Shown here: positions 61,570 to 64,000 of the stretch, piece by piece
How positions within the stretch are numbered: the stretch's first letter is position 1
Layout of the letters: every line of letters starts with the position of its first letter
From: Mobula hypostoma
Taxonomy: Eukaryota
Assembly: GCF_963921235.1 (NCBI RefSeq)
Contig: NC_086107.1
Location: forward strand, 108,440,001 to 108,504,000
DNA length: 64,000 bases
Direction of reading: 5' to 3'
Program-made: the position numbers and the translations under genes
The notes under the pieces: model-generated
Told to the model about the DNA's origin: nothing
Databases searched by the model: none
The model's input: the letters and a program-made list of their open reading frames with translations, nothing else

Positions 61570-64000
61570 TGTAACGTTAGGATCTATTTCTTTTCGAGGA
61601 ATGACTCCCTTTGGCACTACGTATGGATTGTTGTCTGTGCATGCATATTGTCCTCTCTCTCTCTCTCTCTCTCTCGCTGCAATGTGAATACATTAGTTAA
61701 AGCCTTCTCTCACGTGTCTTTTTTATTTTGATGGATATGTAGTTGCACAGTCACAACAAATTGGCAATGAGTACAAACCTGAATGTCAGAAAATATCACA
61801 AACTGCATCAACAAACAGCGAGAGGAAAGAGTTAAACAGTATGGAGTAGGCCTCGTTACGGACGCTAACAAAAGGACACGAGTACGGCATAATACACAGT
61901 GAAAGATGCAACTAGCAAATTTAAAGTGAAAACAACATGGCTTTGGTCCATAAAGTTGACAAATTCTAGTGCTATTGAAGGCTGGGAGTCGTATATTGAG
62001 AAGGTGGAACTATATTGTAACGCGAACAATGTGGAGGAGCGAAAGAAAACCCCCACACTTCTTAGCTTAATGGGTCTTAGGATGTACAGTCTCTCACACA
62101 ACTTAATAACTACAGAAAAGCCAGCAAGCAAGACGTTTGATGAAATTGTTACAATTCTACAAAATCACTTGAGTTCTAAACCACTGGTAATAGCTGAGAG
62201 ATTTAGATTTTACAAAAGGTCAAATGATGAATGCATTTCTAAATACATTGTAGAACTGTGCAAACATTCCCAGTACTGTGACTTGAGAGATGGAAAGTCA
62301 GAAAATTTTTTGATCTTAATCAATTCGGGTTAGCGATTCCTATTTTCGGTAACATATTTTTTCCTCCCTCTTTTACGGATCGCGCTTTTCAAACTTGGAA
62401 GACTAAGGGTATTTTACGGTTTTTGGATTTATTTTTAGATGGTTCCCTTATGTCTTTTGAACAATTATCTGAGAGATGGATTTTCTGATGCATTAAGGGA
62501 CAGGTTTTTATATGGCATGCATAGTCAAATCTCGTAAAAGAGGCTACTGTCAGAAAGAGACCTATCCTTAGAACAGTCATTGACCGTTGCAATATCATTA
62601 GAGACTGCAGCAAAAGATGCAGCAGAATTACAGGGCAAGAGTTTAGAATGTGAAATGCACAAAATGACCCTGAGTGGTGCAAAAAGCCAAAAACATAACT
62701 GATGTGGCAAATCCTCCCTTGATGTAAATGACTGTTGGTTCAAAGAAAAAGTTTGCTGTAAGTGTCACATAGAGAGAGTGTGCAAGTCAGACAAAATTCA
62801 CAACCGAAGAGGAAAAACCACACCGAGTGAAAAGTTTCAAACACAAAACTAAGCAAATGCATTAAGTGACCGAATGTGTAACAGAATCAGACAACACAGA
62901 GTCTGACAAAGGTGAGCTGTCTTGCTGAGAACTGCACAGTATTACTGAAGCAGATCACAAAATCATATGGATCACAATAGATGTGTCTGGTGCAAAACTG
63001 AAAATGGAGCTGGATACAGGGTCAGTTTTGCCCATAATTTCTGAGGCTGACTACAACAGACTGTTTTCTAAGATACTATTAGAGAAGACCTCAGTGATGC
63101 TAAAGACATACACAGGTGAAAAAGAGTCTCCCGAAGGCAAAATGAAGTTGAATGTGACATATGGGGGCCAAACACAGCTCAGAGCTCTATGTATTGAAAA
63201 GTGGTGGCCAGAACTTTTCAGAGATGAATGGCTGAGAAATTGCAACTAGACTGGCACATAACCAAACCTCTCAATGTGTCATCAGCAGCCAAATGCAGCC
63301 CAAACGGTAGCACTAACCAGAGACTGTCACAGCTGCTTAATGCTAATGAGAAGGTGTTTGAGAAGGGTATTGGTAAACTCAAAGGCATGAAGGCCAGAAA
63401 TAAATTGAATGAAGGTGCAACACCAAGATTCCATAAAGTACGCCCAGTGCCTTATGCACTGTGTTCTAAAGTGAATGCTAAACTTCAGAGCTTGGAATTC
63501 TCTCCGAGGTTGAATGGAGCAATTGGGCCATGCCTATTGTCCCGGTGATCAAGACAGGGAAGGCCGGAGCCATTCACATACGTGGGGATTTCAAAGTAAG
63601 CATCATTCAATGCTGTGTACTGTGCAGTATCCCTTGCCACAAATAGAAGACACTTTTGCATCTTCGGCAGGCGGGAAGAGGTTTTCAAAGATTGGTTTGT
63701 CACAAGTCCATCCGCAAATGGAGATTGAGGAGTCAAAAAGGAAGTTCCTCACCTTCAACACTATGAAAGGACTGTTCCGGTATAATCGTCTCCTCTTTGG
63801 CACCGTTACAGCTGTGGGAGTGGCTGTCTTCACCATGGCAAAGAGTACATATTTCACAAATTTCACAACATGTGCCGGTGAAAATAAACCTGATTCTGAC
63901 TCTGATTCTTTTGCATATTGACTTGGCTGGGCTCTTCATTGACTCCATGTTTGTGATTGCTGTGGATGCTGATTTGAAGTGGCCGGAGGTTATACTAATG
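61570..64000 (+). mobile_element. Degenerate Gypsy (Mag-like) LTR retrotransposon: 5' LTR, PBS, gag, protease, partial RT, start of integrase
   Basis: LTR 61570-61758 (TG...CA) and PBS-like TGGCAATGAG at 61762. gag motifs WESYIEKVELYCNAN...LVIAERFRFYKR, protease MELDTGS, RT YPLPQIED...GLFRYNRLLFG, integrase VDADLKWPEV. Many stops and frameshifts. Confidence 0.9.
62295..62469 (+). mobile_element. Internal L1 ORF2 fragment with 11-bp TSD inside the Gypsy gag
   Basis: Open frame RKFFDLNQFGLAIPIFGNIFFPPSFTDRAFQTWKTKGILRFLDLFLDGSLMSFEQLS. TSD tgagagatgga at 62284-62294 and 62470-62480. Confidence 0.78.

Overview
Vertebrate genomic DNA, most likely an elasmobranch (shark or ray). This is inferred from the repeat repertoire: V-SINEs resembling HE1, plus CR1, Rex1 and Penelope families. 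The whole window lies inside one minus-strand gene, a T-type voltage-gated calcium channel alpha-1 subunit, best matching CACNA1I (Cav3.3). Three coding exons are visible: 55108-55219, 53004-53137 and 2024-2121 (domain I, S1 to S4). They are separated by introns of 1,970 bp and 50,882 bp. The upstream intron ends in a U12-type branch site and an AC acceptor (AT-AC minor-spliceosome intron). Most of the rest is nested transposon debris: CR1, Rex1/Babar (one near-intact APE-RT copy), L1, RTE-related elements, tRNA- and V-SINEs, Gypsy (Mag-like) elements and solo LTRs, and Tc1-derived MITEs. The most notable pattern is a family of short Penelope-like insertions with target-site duplications (TSDs), fold-back arms and a minimal hammerhead-ribozyme motif. 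Also notable are a non-coding CpG-rich retroposon family, double-hairpin MITEs and two atypical templated insertions. No prokaryotic system or CRISPR array is present. Repeat boundaries were read by eye and are approximate unless a TSD is quoted.
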